This document shows positions 29,196 to 42,945 of a stretch of DNA of 64,000 nucleotides, in pieces. This DNA is from Thermotogota bacterium. Lineage in GTDB: Bacteria > Thermotogota > Thermotogae > UBA12178. Made by a program: the position numbers and the translations under genes. The notes under the pieces are model-generated. The model made no database searches. It was not told where the DNA came from and saw only the letters and a list, made by a program, of their open reading frames with translations. The stretch is from assembly GCA_021161835.1 (NCBI GenBank), contig JAGGZV010000097.1, positions 4,646-68,645 of the forward strand, read 5' to 3'. Positions within the stretch are counted from its first letter, which is position 1, and every line of letters starts with the position of its first letter.

Positions 29196-30396
29196 AAAAC
29201 TATGGAAGAAGGGTTACGAGCTCGATGAACAGATAGAAAAATTCACTGTAGGGGAAGACTACGTACTCGACATGGAGATCATCGAGTACGACCTTAAAGC
29301 ATCCAAAGCTCATGTTGAGATGCTTCAAAAGGTTGGGCTGCTTTCAGGGGAAGAAACGAAGAAACTTCTGGAAGCTCTCGATGAATTGAAAAAACTGGTT
29401 GAAAAAGGAGACTTCACCATAAAACCGGAAGATGAAGATTCTCACACAGCCATAGAGAAATTCCTTGTGAAGAAACTGGGTGCGATTGGTGAGAAAATAC
29501 ATACGGCACGTTCCAGAAACGATCAGGTTCTGGTGGCGCTGAGACTCTATTATCGAGAAAAGCTTGGTAAAGTTGAGGAAGAAATGGAGAGATTGCAAAA
29601 AGCGATGAAAGAATTCGCCGAGAATTATGGACACATAAAATTCGCGGGTTTTACTCACACGCGCAAAGCCATGCCTACCACCTTCAGGATGTGGACCGAA
29701 GCCTTTATTGATGCCCTGGATGATGATCTCAAACTTCTCAAATTCGTTCGAAATATGGTGGACCAATCGCCTCTGGGTTCCGGTGCGGGCTACGGTGTGC
29801 CCCTGGATATCGATAGAGAGTACACAGCACAGAAGTTAGGATTCACCAGAGTCCAGAAAAATCCGATATATGTCCAAAACAGCAGAGGAAAATTCGAATA
29901 TATGATTTTGCATGCACTTTCACAGGTGAGTTACGATTTGAACAGGTTGGCGAGTGACATCATCTTCTTCTCCATGCCCGACCTTGGTTACCTAAATCTC
30001 CCGAAGGAGCTATGTACCGGGAGTTCCATGATGCCACATAAGCTCAATCCTGACCCTCTCGAACTTGTGAGGGCGTACCATCATAAGCTCGTTTCCAATG
30101 CTTTTTTCCTCGTTAGCATCTCCTCCAATCTGATTTCCGGATATCACAGAGATCTGCAACTCACCAAAGCACCAATATTCGAAAGCTTCAAGGTAACTCT
30201 GGAAATTCTTTCCGTTATGCGCCGTGTCTTCGAGAAAATGACGGTGAACGTGGAGAAAGCCGAAGCAAGTATAAACGATGAAGTTATGGCCACACAAGCA
30301 GCCTACGAGCTTGTGAAGAAAGGGGTCCCCTTCAGGGAAGCCTACAGGAGAATAGCGGAAGATATAATGCGCAGGTACCGTACCCCACGTTCCTGA
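29188..30396 (+). CDS. argH: argininosuccinate lyase
   Basis: Fumarate-lyase family with [13 protein letters not shown] (signature GSSxMPxKxN) and [11 protein letters not shown] 29188 has AAGGAG upstream. Overlaps argG by 8 nt. Confidence 0.95.
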   Translation: MAEKLWKKGYELDEQIEKFTVGEDYVLDMEIIEYDLKASKAHVEMLQKVGLLSGEETKKLLEALDELKKLVEKGDFTIKPEDEDSHTAIEKFLVKKLGAIGEKIHTARSRNDQVLVALRLYYREKLGKVEEEMERLQKAMKEFAENYGHIKFAGFTHTRKAMPTTFRMWTEAFIDALDDDLKLLKFVRNMVDQSPLGSGAGYGVPLDIDREYTAQKLGFTRVQKNPIYVQNSRGKFEYMILHALSQVSYDLNRLASDIIFFSMPDLGYLNLPKELCTGSSMMPHKLNPDPLELVRAYHHKLVSNAFFLVSISSNLISGYHRDLQLTKAPIFESFKVTLEILSVMRRVFEKMTVNVEKAEASINDEVMATQAAYELVKKGVPFREAYRRIAEDIMRRYRTPRS

Positions 30397-30447
30397 ATCC
30401 TTATTCACGATCGGGAATTTCCCAAACCTCGAATGGAGGTAGGTCTT

Positions 30448-31473
30448 ATGGTATATGTGGGGATAGCTGGAGTTACAGGATATACAGGTATAGAACTTTT
30501 GAGAATACTACATCAACACCCAGATGCAGAGATCACCTGGATGGGATCACACACGTATGCAGGTTCTCCATTACAAAATGTTCATCCTTTCACATTCCGG
30601 AACGATGAATTAAGGGAGCTGGATCCTGAAGAAATTGCAGAGAAATGTAATTTGCTGTTTACAGCGTTACCTGCAGGCGTCTCATATGAAGTGGCGATGC
30701 GAGTTGCTGAAGCGGGCGTGAAGGTAATAGATCTTGGAGCTGATTTCAGATTCGACAACCCGGAAATTTACATCAAATGGTATTCCAAAAGGCTCGAAGG
30801 ATATGAAAATGTCAAGAGAGTGTACGGTCTGCCAGAGATATACAGAAACAAAATAAAAGAAGCAGAAGTGGTGGGCAACCCCGGTTGCTATCCTACCGGC
30901 GCACTACTGGCCATATTCCCTCTACTGAAGGAAGGACTGTTGATCGAAGATACGGTTTTCATAGATTCCAAATCCGGTGTTTCGGGAGCGGGCAGGAAAG
31001 CGGGCATAGAGTACATCTATTCGGAAGTTAGTGAAGGTGTCAAAGCCTACAATGTCGCCAGACACAGGCATATACCGGAGATGGAACAGGAGTTGTCGAA
31101 ACATGCGGGAAGAGAAGTGAAAGTGGTTTTCACTCCACACCTGATACCCATGACCAGGGGCATATTTACCACCATTTACGTGAAAGTTTCAACCGATCTA
31201 GAGAGAATCCACAAACTATACAGGGACTTTTATGACAAAGAGCCATTTGTCCACGTCCTGTCTCCTGGAATGTTTCCATCTACCAAATGGGTTCTTGGAT
31301 CCAACCACGTTTTCATTGGCATGACGTACGAGAGTCGATCAAACACGCTGATATTGATGTCGGTGATAGATAATCTGGTGAAAGGAGCGGCGGGACAGGC
31401 TGTTCAAAATATGAACATAATGTTCGGGCTACCTGAAAGCCGCGGACTGGAAATGAATCCTTTATATCCATGA
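30448..31473 (+). CDS. argC: N-acetyl-gamma-glutamyl-phosphate reductase
   Basis: NAD-binding [10 protein letters not shown] and the active-site region [11 protein letters not shown] 30448 has GGAGGT 7 nt upstream; ORF-track ATG 30433 contains that RBS. Confidence 0.93.
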   Translation: MVYVGIAGVTGYTGIELLRILHQHPDAEITWMGSHTYAGSPLQNVHPFTFRNDELRELDPEEIAEKCNLLFTALPAGVSYEVAMRVAEAGVKVIDLGADFRFDNPEIYIKWYSKRLEGYENVKRVYGLPEIYRNKIKEAEVVGNPGCYPTGALLAIFPLLKEGLLIEDTVFIDSKSGVSGAGRKAGIEYIYSEVSEGVKAYNVARHRHIPEMEQELSKHAGREVKVVFTPHLIPMTRGIFTTIYVKVSTDLERIHKLYRDFYDKEPFVHVLSPGMFPSTKWVLGSNHVFIGMTYESRSNTLILMSVIDNLVKGAAGQAVQNMNIMFGLPESRGLEMNPLYP

Positions 31474-31489
31474 AGAGGAGAGGATACGC

Positions 31490-34728
<3,239 letters not shown>

Positions 34729-34749
34729 ACCCGATATGGGGGTGAAGAA

Positions 34750-35907
34750 GTGAGTGAATTATCTGGTACCTTGCAGTATTTCAAAGGTCTGGAAGGTGTA
34801 GCAGTAACAGAAAGTTCCATATCATACGTGGATGGCGTGAGGGGTAAACTCCTATATCGTGGCTTCGATGTGGAAGACCTCGTTGAACATTCCACATTCG
34901 AAGAAGTTGCCTATCTGCTCTGGTATGGACACTTGCCTTCTGAAGGGGAGTTATGCGAGCTCAGAGAAAAACTTATGAAATTCAGAAAGTTGCCAGAAGA
35001 ATACTTGAAGATCCTGAAAACTTTCCCTCTTGATGTTCATCCCATGGATTTCTTGAGGGCATCGGTTTCACTGTTAGGATTATTCTCGACGCCTGACGAA
35101 TGTGGAGAAAACACCAGAATGGATTGTGCCATACGCTTAACTGCGCAGTTGCCCATGTTGGTGACGATTTTCCACAGACGTAGAATGGGTAAAGAGCTGA
35201 ACCTGGATGTTTCCGAAAAACTGGGACATGCAGCAAATTTCTTGTACATGCTGAGAGGAAAACCACCAGAATCCATGGAAGAAACGATAATGGACAAAGC
35301 GTTGATATTACATGCAGAACAGGAAATGAACGCGTCCACTTTCGCCGCCGTAGTTACCGCTTCCACTCTTTCCGATATGTATTCGGCAGTGACTTCAGCC
35401 ATTGGAACCTTGAAAGGGCCCATACATGGTGGGGCAAACGAGAAGGTCGTGGAAATGCTGGAAGAAATAGGAGATCCCGAAGAAGCCGAGGGTTACGTTG
35501 AAAGATGCCTAGCAGAAGGAAGAAGAATAATGGGATTCGGACACAGGATCTATAAAACCTACGATCCACGGGCAAGGATCCTGAAAAAATGGGCAGAAAC
35601 TCTGGTGAATATCAGAGGCGGACGGGCAAAACGTCACTTTGAAATCGCCATGAAACTGGAAAAGGCGGTTACTGAAAGATTGGGAAATAAAGGAATATAT
35701 CCCAACGTGGACTTTTATTCGGGCATAGTTTACGAATGCCTGGGCATACCCAAAGATCTTTTCACCACGATTTTCGCAGTGGCAAGAGTGGTAGGGTGGA
35801 CGGCACACGTTATTGAGTACAATGAAACGAACAGAATCTTCCGACCTCGCGCTATATACAAAGGGCCGATGAATTTGAACTACAAAATAGAAAAGAGCAA
35901 GAGGTGA
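34750..35907 (+). CDS. gltA: citrate synthase (small, GltA/CitZ type)
   Basis: LILHAEQEMNASTF, GPIHGGANE, GFGHRIYKTYDPRA, NVDFYSG. GTG 34750 lies after GGGGGTGA. Confidence 0.9.
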   Translation: MSELSGTLQYFKGLEGVAVTESSISYVDGVRGKLLYRGFDVEDLVEHSTFEEVAYLLWYGHLPSEGELCELREKLMKFRKLPEEYLKILKTFPLDVHPMDFLRASVSLLGLFSTPDECGENTRMDCAIRLTAQLPMLVTIFHRRRMGKELNLDVSEKLGHAANFLYMLRGKPPESMEETIMDKALILHAEQEMNASTFAAVVTASTLSDMYSAVTSAIGTLKGPIHGGANEKVVEMLEEIGDPEEAEGYVERCLAEGRRIMGFGHRIYKTYDPRARILKKWAETLVNIRGGRAKRHFEIAMKLEKAVTERLGNKGIYPNVDFYSGIVYECLGIPKDLFTTIFAVARVVGWTAHVIEYNETNRIFRPRAIYKGPMNLNYKIEKSKR

Positions 35908-35913
35908 TGTACC

Positions 35914-37164
35914 TTGGGAAAGACTATGGCCGAAAAAATCATATCTGAACATGTTGGCAAAGAAGTGAAGGCAGGTGAAATAGTAGTTGCCGGTGTGGAC
36001 GTGGCCTTCGTCCAGGATGGTACGGGACCCCTCATGGTTGAACAATTCCACAAAATGGGATTTGACAGCGTGAAACCGAAGATAGCCATCCTGTTCATCG
36101 ATCACGCCGCTCCCAGTCCAAGAAAAGAATTATCCAACGCTCACAACGTGCTCAGAGGGTTTGCCCAGCAGAAGAATATCAAATTAGTGGAAATAGGAGA
36201 AGGAATATCGCACCAGATCGTGGCTGAAAAATACGCCAAACCTGGAGATCTGATAGTTGGTGCAGATTCACATACATGTACTGCTGGAGCACTTGGAGCA
36301 TTCGCGACAGGCATGGGATCCACAGATCTCGCCCTAGCCTTTGGCACAGGGAAGGTGTGGTTGAAAGTTCCCGAAACCATAAGGGTGGAAGTAACGGGAA
36401 ATTTACCTGACGGAGTATGCGCCAAGGATCTGATCATAAAAATAATAGGTGATATTGGAGCCGACGGTGCAACATACAAAGCCCTTGAATTCGTGGGTGA
36501 TACAATCGAGAATCTGTCCATGGAATCACGCCTGACACTCTCGAACATGGCAGTTGAAGCGGGAGCCAAAGCAGGTTTGATACCCACAGATGAAAAAACC
36601 AGGGCGTTCCTGAGGGAGCACAACAGAGAGGAAGATTACAGAGAAATCGCCCCGGATCATGATGCTATCTACGAGCGAATCATCAAGATCGACGCATCCT
36701 CCATGGAACCCGTGGTTTCAAAACCACACACCGTGGATAACGTAGCGCCCGTATCTGCAGTGGAAGGAACGAGAATAGATCAGGTGGTAATAGGTACGTG
36801 TACCAACGGAAGAATGGAAGATCTTCGAATAGCCGCGAATATATTGAAAAAACATGGTAAAGCATCAGGTGTACGCTTGATCATCGTCCCCGCATCACAG
36901 AAAATCCTTCTTGATGCCATCCATGAAGGTCTCATGGACATATTCGTCCAGTGTGGAGCAACCATTTTACCTCCGGGTTGTGGACCGTGCGTTGGGGTAC
37001 ATGGCGGTGTTCCAGGAGATGGGGAAAAAGTTCTTTCCACACAGAATAGAAACTTCAAGGGCAGGATGGGCAATCCTAAAGCGGAGATATATTTGTGCTC
37101 TCCTGCAACTGCAGCCGCTTCCGCTGCAAAGGGTGTTATAACGGATCCCAGAAAGCTCCTGTGA
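35914..37164 (+). CDS. aconitase-family hydro-lyase large subunit (LeuC/HacA type; contextually aconitase)
   Basis: 416 aa with DSHTCT, GTCTNGR and PGCGPCVG Fe-S ligand regions. Flanked by citrate synthase and isocitrate dehydrogenase, not by leuA/leuB. Confidence 0.85.
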   Translation: MGKTMAEKIISEHVGKEVKAGEIVVAGVDVAFVQDGTGPLMVEQFHKMGFDSVKPKIAILFIDHAAPSPRKELSNAHNVLRGFAQQKNIKLVEIGEGISHQIVAEKYAKPGDLIVGADSHTCTAGALGAFATGMGSTDLALAFGTGKVWLKVPETIRVEVTGNLPDGVCAKDLIIKIIGDIGADGATYKALEFVGDTIENLSMESRLTLSNMAVEAGAKAGLIPTDEKTRAFLREHNREEDYREIAPDHDAIYERIIKIDASSMEPVVSKPHTVDNVAPVSAVEGTRIDQVVIGTCTNGRMEDLRIAANILKKHGKASGVRLIIVPASQKILLDAIHEGLMDIFVQCGATILPPGCGPCVGVHGGVPGDGEKVLSTQNRNFKGRMGNPKAEIYLCSPATAAASAAKGVITDPRKLL

Positions 37165-37177
37165 GAGGTGATAATCC

Positions 37178-37675
37178 GTGTTGAAAGGCAGAGTATGGAA
37201 ATTCGGTGACAACATCTCCACCGATCACATAGCACCTGGAAGATATTTTCACCTGCGCTCGAATCTTCCGGAGCTGGCGAAACATGTTCTGGAAGATGCA
37301 AGGGAAGATTTCCCGGAACTTGTTCAAAAAGGCGACATAATAGTTGCAGGCAAAAACTTCGGGTTGGGATCTTCGAGAGAACATGCCCCACGAATAATAA
37401 AACTGGCCGGTATTTCTTGCGTAGTGGCAAAATCCTTCGCCAGGATATTCTTCAGAAATTCCATAAACGTTGGACTACCCCTGGTGGAACTCCAGGAAAC
37501 GGACGAAATAGATGAAGGAGATATACTGGAAATAGATCTCAGACGTGGAACACTCTTCAACATAACCAAAGGGCGAGGCTATTCCTTCGAGCCGCTCCCG
37601 AGCTTTGTGCTGGAAATACTCGAGTTAGGTGGAATAGATGAATACATGAAGAAGTACGGTGACTACCGTTTCTGA
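37178..37675 (+). CDS. aconitase-family hydro-lyase small subunit (LeuD/HacB type)
   Basis: 165 aa with KFGDNISTDHIAPG and GKNFGLGSSREHA. The substrate-loop position reads YFHLRS. Confidence 0.85.
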   Translation: MLKGRVWKFGDNISTDHIAPGRYFHLRSNLPELAKHVLEDAREDFPELVQKGDIIVAGKNFGLGSSREHAPRIIKLAGISCVVAKSFARIFFRNSINVGLPLVELQETDEIDEGDILEIDLRRGTLFNITKGRGYSFEPLPSFVLEILELGGIDEYMKKYGDYRF

Positions 37676-37689
37676 GGAGGGGAAAATGA

Positions 37690-38883
37690 ATGCTGGGGAA
37701 CACGATAAAAATCGAAGGAACGAAGCTGCTGGTACCGGATGATCCAATAATCGTGTACATAGAGGGAGATGGTATAGGACCGTACATAATGGAAGCAGCT
37801 ATGTATCTGTGGAATGGCGTGGTGGAAAAAGTATACGATGGACGAAGAAGAATACACTGGAAAGAAGCGAAAGCAGGAGAAAAAGCTTTGAAAGAATTTG
37901 GAACGCCTCTCCCCGATGAAACCATCGAAGCGATTCGTTATCACAGGATCGCTATCAAAGGGCCACTCGCTACCCCCGTGGGCGAAGGATACAGGAGTTT
38001 GAACGTCACCATGAGACAACAGCTGGATCTGTATGCGTGTGTCAGACCGGTACGATGGTTGAGGGGAGTGTTTTCACCTCTCAAGAATCCCGAGAAGGTG
38101 GATGTGGTGATATTTCGTGAGAATACCGAAGATGTTTATGCGGGTATAGAATGGCCGGTAGATTCCGAAGAAACGGAAAAGCTGCGGGTTTTTCTGAAAG
38201 AGAAGTTCGGTGTATCCCTTCGTCCAGATACGGGTATAGGGATAAAACCGATAAGCGAGCACGCCACGAAACGCCTCATGAGGATGGCGCTGGAATATGC
38301 CTTAAGAAACGGAAGAAAGAGTGTCACCATTGTACATAAAGGTAACATCATGAAGTATACAGAAGGTGCATTCCTCAGATGGTGTAAGGAGGTCGCCAAG
38401 GAAGAGTATGGAGATCGTGTGTGCTTCGAAGACGAAGGAATATGTGATGGAAAGATAGTGATAAAAGATAGAATAGCGGACGATATGTTTCAGCAAATGC
38501 TTCTTTATCCCGAAGATTACGATGTACTGGTGACACCCAACCTGAACGGCGACTACCTCTCCGACGCATGTGCTGCCATGGTTGGGGGAGTGGGAATGGT
38601 ACCAGGGGCAAACATCGGTGACGCTATCGCACTCTTCGAACCCACCCATGGTACCGCACCGCGATTGAAAAATCCAGAATATGCCAATCCCATGTCCCTG
38701 ATTCTGTCGGGAGCCATGATGCTCGACTACATTGGGTGGATCGAGGCAGCGAATGCCGTTAGAAGATGTGTGGAAATGACGGTGGCACATGGATATGTTA
38801 CACCAGATCTTAAAGCAAGAATGAAAGATGCGAAAGAAGTATCCGCATTTGGTTTCGTAGAGAAAGCTCTGGAAAACGTATGA
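37690..38883 (+). CDS. icd: isocitrate dehydrogenase (NADP-type, homodimeric family)
   Basis: IAIKGPLATPVGEGYRSLNVTMRQQLDLYACVRP, NLNGDYLSDA, EPTHGTAP. Confidence 0.92.
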   Translation: MLGNTIKIEGTKLLVPDDPIIVYIEGDGIGPYIMEAAMYLWNGVVEKVYDGRRRIHWKEAKAGEKALKEFGTPLPDETIEAIRYHRIAIKGPLATPVGEGYRSLNVTMRQQLDLYACVRPVRWLRGVFSPLKNPEKVDVVIFRENTEDVYAGIEWPVDSEETEKLRVFLKEKFGVSLRPDTGIGIKPISEHATKRLMRMALEYALRNGRKSVTIVHKGNIMKYTEGAFLRWCKEVAKEEYGDRVCFEDEGICDGKIVIKDRIADDMFQQMLLYPEDYDVLVTPNLNGDYLSDACAAMVGGVGMVPGANIGDAIALFEPTHGTAPRLKNPEYANPMSLILSGAMMLDYIGWIEAANAVRRCVEMTVAHGYVTPDLKARMKDAKEVSAFGFVEKALENV

Positions 38884-38895
38884 ATTCTCATGCTG

Positions 38896-39822
38896 TTACC
38901 CACTTGAACGGTATCTCAGAAATTTCCTCTCTCCATATCTCACAATCTCCACACCTTTATTCAACAGAACCTTCAACATTTCACGAGGGGATCCACCCCT
39001 CCTTATCACCATTTTCTCAAACTCCTTTAGCGTAACCGGATGTCTTTTCACCACACCTAGAAACTCTTCCACTAGCTCTTTCTCGTGAAATTGGTATCCA
39101 CTCTCCGGCAGATACGCTATCCCTATTCCACCCAGTATCCTTTCCGCTGCTTTCAAACGTTCGGAAGATGGGATTTTCACCCAGGGTTCTGCAGGTGCTC
39201 GTACGGGAGCATTTATGTACACCCTGTCGGGATGGATCTTCTCCAAAAGTTCCGCAATCTTTTTCAAAGCTTCATTCGAATCGTTCAAACCTTTTACCAG
39301 CATCACCTCCATCCAGATCTGGCCACTGTAACTCTCCCTGAACGCCTGCAAGCCTTCCACCAGATTCTGAAAATTCAGGTCAGGATGTGGTCTGTTTATT
39401 TTTCGGTACATTTCATCATTCCATGCGTCCAACGATGGAAGCACGATATCAGCGTCCAAAATTTCCCGACGTACATCCTCTCTGTACAGTAACGAACCAT
39501 TGGTGATCACGGCTCGCTTTACACCTCTGAACTTTTTCAATGCATCCAGCAGTTCTCCCAATTTCGAATAAAGTGTCGGTTCACCTTCACCAACCACCGT
39601 GATGGCATCCAATTTGTGATAGCGCTGAACGGCTTCATACACCTCGTGAAGTATTTCATCAAGTTTGAAGAACTCTTCACGTTCGTTGGTGAAATGAAGC
39701 GTCCTTCCAAGCTGACAATATACGCAGGAGTAGTTACATGTCTTGAAGGGTATGGGGCTCACCCCAAGGGATACACCAAGGCGCCTTGAAACCACCGGAC
39801 CGTACACATACTTGAAACCCAT
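38896..39822 (-). CDS. radical SAM protein (COG0731-like)
   Basis: CNYSCVYCQ cluster motif near the N-terminus after GPVVSRRLGVSLGV, and a GEGEPTL SAM-binding motif. A TATAAT on the minus strand (39851..39846) is a candidate -10. Confidence 0.8.
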   Translation of the reverse strand: MGFKYVYGPVVSRRLGVSLGVSPIPFKTCNYSCVYCQLGRTLHFTNEREEFFKLDEILHEVYEAVQRYHKLDAITVVGEGEPTLYSKLGELLDALKKFRGVKRAVITNGSLLYREDVRREILDADIVLPSLDAWNDEMYRKINRPHPDLNFQNLVEGLQAFRESYSGQIWMEVMLVKGLNDSNEALKKIAELLEKIHPDRVYINAPVRAPAEPWVKIPSSERLKAAERILGGIGIAYLPESGYQFHEKELVEEFLGVVKRHPVTLKEFEKMVIRRGGSPREMLKVLLNKGVEIVRYGERKFLRYRSSG

Positions 39823-40075
39823 GATATCGGCTCCTCTCCATCGAAATTATATCCTTTTCCCGTTATAAAAATGTCTACTAGAATCTCCTCAGAAAAACAT
39901 GTGCCATTCGTTCCTCACTCCAGAAACCTCAACTGGGATTCCTCACCGGAAGCGCTTGTGGACAAATCGGATGAATGGTACGGAGATCTTGAGGATTATC
40001 CCACCCTGGATGAATGAAAGTACATGTTAGAATCCTCCATAGATGAACATATTCGAAAAAAGGAGGGGAAGGATC

Positions 40076-41146
40076 TTGAAAGCTTTGATTCTGTGTGCCG
40101 GAAAAGGTACAAGACTTCGACCTTTGACCTTCACAAGCGCGAAACATCTTATTCCAGTGGCGAACAAACCGATCCTCTTCTATAGCCTGGAAATGATAAA
40201 AAAAGCGGGGATAGAAGAAGTGGGGATAGTGGTGAGCCCAGATAACAAGAAAGAGTTCGTTAATCGTCTCGGTGACGGCAAAGAAATAGGTTTGAAGATA
40301 TCCTACATTGTTCAAACAGAACCAAAAGGTCTGGCACATGCGGTAAAGGTAGCGGAAGAATTTCTGAATGGTGAAGAATTCCTTATGTACCTCGGTGACA
40401 ACCTCATCAAGGAAGATCTCTCCGGCTTCGTGAAAGATTTCAAAGCCGGGAAATACGACGCATACATTCTCCTGACACCGGTGGATGATCCCACCAGGTT
40501 TGGTGTAGCGGTGGTGAAAGAAGGGAAAGTGGTCAGGGTGATTGAAAAACCGAAGGAACCACCCAGCAATCTGGCGATCGTTGGTGTCTACATCTTCAAC
40601 TCGAAGATTTTTGAAGGTGTGAACAACATAAAGCCGTCATGGCGCGGAGAACTTGAGATAACCGATGCGATAGGTTATCTCATAGATAAAGGATACAATG
40701 TGGGAGCAAGGATCATATATGGCTGGTGGAAAGACACGGGCAAACCTGACGATCTCATAGATGCCAACAGGAAAATACTAGAAGATCTGGATGTCAGGTT
40801 CATCAGAGGCGAAGTGGATTCAGCTTCCATCATTCAGGGCAAAGTTTACATCGACGAAGACACGACGATAATCAACTCAGTGATACGTGGCCCTGTGGTT
40901 GTGGGGCGCAGAACCCGCATAGTGAACACCTATGTGGGGCCATACACTTCAATAGGAAACGAAGTGGTTTTGGAAAATTGCGAAGTTGAAAATTCCATCA
41001 TTCTAGATGGAGCTGCACTGATAAACATCAACAGTAGAATCGATGCGAGTATATTTGGAAAGAGCAGTGTTGTGAGCACCTCAGATGGAAAGCCTAGAAC
41101 ACTCAAGTTCGTTGTAGGTGATCACTCCAAAATACGGCTCATATGA
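40076..41146 (+). CDS. sugar-1-phosphate nucleotidyltransferase (long glucose-1-phosphate thymidylyltransferase type with C-terminal LbH)
   Basis: ALILCAGKGTRLRPLT motif with hexapeptide repeats in the C-terminal third. TTG 40076 has AGGAGGGG upstream. ORF-track ATG 40043 adds 11 non-conserved residues. Confidence 0.85.
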   Translation: MKALILCAGKGTRLRPLTFTSAKHLIPVANKPILFYSLEMIKKAGIEEVGIVVSPDNKKEFVNRLGDGKEIGLKISYIVQTEPKGLAHAVKVAEEFLNGEEFLMYLGDNLIKEDLSGFVKDFKAGKYDAYILLTPVDDPTRFGVAVVKEGKVVRVIEKPKEPPSNLAIVGVYIFNSKIFEGVNNIKPSWRGELEITDAIGYLIDKGYNVGARIIYGWWKDTGKPDDLIDANRKILEDLDVRFIRGEVDSASIIQGKVYIDEDTTIINSVIRGPVVVGRRTRIVNTYVGPYTSIGNEVVLENCEVENSIILDGAALININSRIDASIFGKSSVVSTSDGKPRTLKFVVGDHSKIRLI

Positions 41147-41544
41147 TGAAAGAGCTCGTTGATGCGTTCACTTTCACCTTTCAAAAATAAATAACCCATA
41201 AGAGCTTCCAAACCGGTGCTTTTGCGATAAACGGGTGAATTACCTCTTCTCCTGGCTCCCTTACTGTTCATACCACGGGAAGCTATCGTTTTTTCTTCTC
41301 CCTTTAAAAGGTCCCATATTGTATCTAGCAGCTTTGCCTGACCCACGGCACTTTCAAAAATTGCAGCTTTCCTTTGAGCATTCATCACTCTTATTCTTCC
41401 ATCGCCTACCGCATACATTCGGGCGATTAGATTCATGACAGCATCCCCGATGTAAGCGTAAACATCCACAGGAATTTCCGAGTATTTGATCTCACCTTCT
41501 AAGATACCCGAAAAGTCGACCTTGATAGGTATCACGCTCCTCAA
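41122..41544 (-). CDS. mrnC: Mini-ribonuclease 3
   Basis: 140 aa with RNase III-like catalytic motifs AYIGDAV and STGLEALMGYL and no dsRBD. Overlaps the neighbouring genes at both ends. Confidence 0.85.
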   Translation of the reverse strand: MRSVIPIKVDFSGILEGEIKYSEIPVDVYAYIGDAVMNLIARMYAVGDGRIRVMNAQRKAAIFESAVGQAKLLDTIWDLLKGEEKTIASRGMNSKGARRRGNSPVYRKSTGLEALMGYLFLKGESERINELFHHMSRILE

Positions 41545-42406
41545 GTTTCTTCTCTATAGCATTGATTATAACTATCTTCGGAACACCCCAGTTACCGAAG
41601 ATCACACCGTTCTTCGGAGGATCACTCACCAACCTGTGAATGACCATACGCGGATCGAGATATTCCAGAAATGTCACAACCCTTTCAACGTATTCCTCCA
41701 TGGAGCATACCTTTACAAGCCCCGAATTGTACATGTCTCCAAGTTTGGTCCCCTCCACAATGTACAACGAATGCAACTTCACCCCATCATATTCCAGTGC
41801 TGACAAAACCTTGGCCGTTTCCACAACATCTTCCATGTCATCCCAGGGGAGGTTGATGATCACATGTGCCACAAGCTCCAAACCTCGCCTTTTGGCACGT
41901 ATGGAAGCATCTACGAACTCCGCAAGGCCATGCCCTCTGTTTATGATCTCAAGAGTTTTGTAATTGACGGTCTGAAGACCTATTTCCAGAAACACATCCA
42001 GATACTTCCTGAGACGCGCCACTACATCCAATACTTCTTCTGATAAACAATCGGGTCTTGTGGCTACGGAAACGGCAACTATTGAATCATCACCCAGTAC
42101 CTGTGAGTAACGTTCCCACAGCACTTCAGGAGATGCGAAAGTGTTGGTATGCGCCTGGAAATACGCTATAAATTTGCTGATCCCTCTCATGGCGAAACGT
42201 TCCTTGAAAGTTTTTATCTGCTCTGGAATTGGTACAGTAGGGGGTAATGCTCCAAAACCACTGCCAGTTGGATCGCAGTATATACATCCCTTGGATGGTG
42301 GGACACGATTTGGACAGCCAAACCCTGCATTTAAAGGTATTCGCATGACACGCGTACCGTATCTTTCTTTGAGGTAATCGCTGAGCTTCCTGTATCTCTT
42401 CTTCAT
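41492..42406 (-). CDS. TIGR01212-family radical SAM protein
   Basis: NAGFGCPNR...KGCIYC motif arrangement and about 300 aa, typical of the YhcC/TIGR01212 group. Confidence 0.85.
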   Translation of the reverse strand: MKKRYRKLSDYLKERYGTRVMRIPLNAGFGCPNRVPPSKGCIYCDPTGSGFGALPPTVPIPEQIKTFKERFAMRGISKFIAYFQAHTNTFASPEVLWERYSQVLGDDSIVAVSVATRPDCLSEEVLDVVARLRKYLDVFLEIGLQTVNYKTLEIINRGHGLAEFVDASIRAKRRGLELVAHVIINLPWDDMEDVVETAKVLSALEYDGVKLHSLYIVEGTKLGDMYNSGLVKVCSMEEYVERVVTFLEYLDPRMVIHRLVSDPPKNGVIFGNWGVPKIVIINAIEKKLEERDTYQGRLFGYLRR

Positions 42407-42945
42407 CAGGTCATCCCCGAAGGCTCCGCCACACTCATGAACTTCTTGAGAAGTTTGTACAAATCCCGTACCCTTTCTTTATCGGGTCCCTTCACAGAAA
42501 AGAGACGCTTGAATTTGATCCATGTCACGTAGTAGGTGTCGTCTACACGTCCCTCTATGTACGCATATATCGGGGGAAAAGCGTTGAAAAGCGCCTTGAA
42601 AGAGCCGAATTTCTCTTTTGCCCACCTATAATACACACTCCAAGTGTCAAGTATACCTTCACATTCCATCAATATCACGATGTACTCCTCACGTATTCCT
42701 TCGTCTCTATCATACGTCAGTACCATTTTTAACATCCTGTTGTTCTCATCATGACGAGGATACACACCCTCAAAATTCACATTGGTGGTGGACAACCTGC
42801 GATCCACCACCTCGAAACCAAGGGGTGAAAATTTCAGCAGTTTCGAGAACAGTTCGGATGCACGAACTTCATCCACTGTGAAGAACACCAGCAGAATGAT
42901 GAACATCAAACTAGTGCATCCTGAGCCTTTCAACATGCTTTTCAA
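42406..42945 (-). CDS. hypothetical secreted/membrane-anchored protein
   Basis: 179-aa ORF with a hydrophobic N-terminus (LMFIILLVFFTV) and no recognisable motif. A start at ATG 42906, just after the mtaD stop, is equally possible. Confidence 0.5.
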   Translation of the reverse strand: MKSMLKGSGCTSLMFIILLVFFTVDEVRASELFSKLLKFSPLGFEVVDRRLSTTNVNFEGVYPRHDENNRMLKMVLTYDRDEGIREEYIVILMECEGILDTWSVYYRWAKEKFGSFKALFNAFPPIYAYIEGRVDDTYYVTWIKFKRLFSVKGPDKERVRDLYKLLKKFMSVAEPSGMT

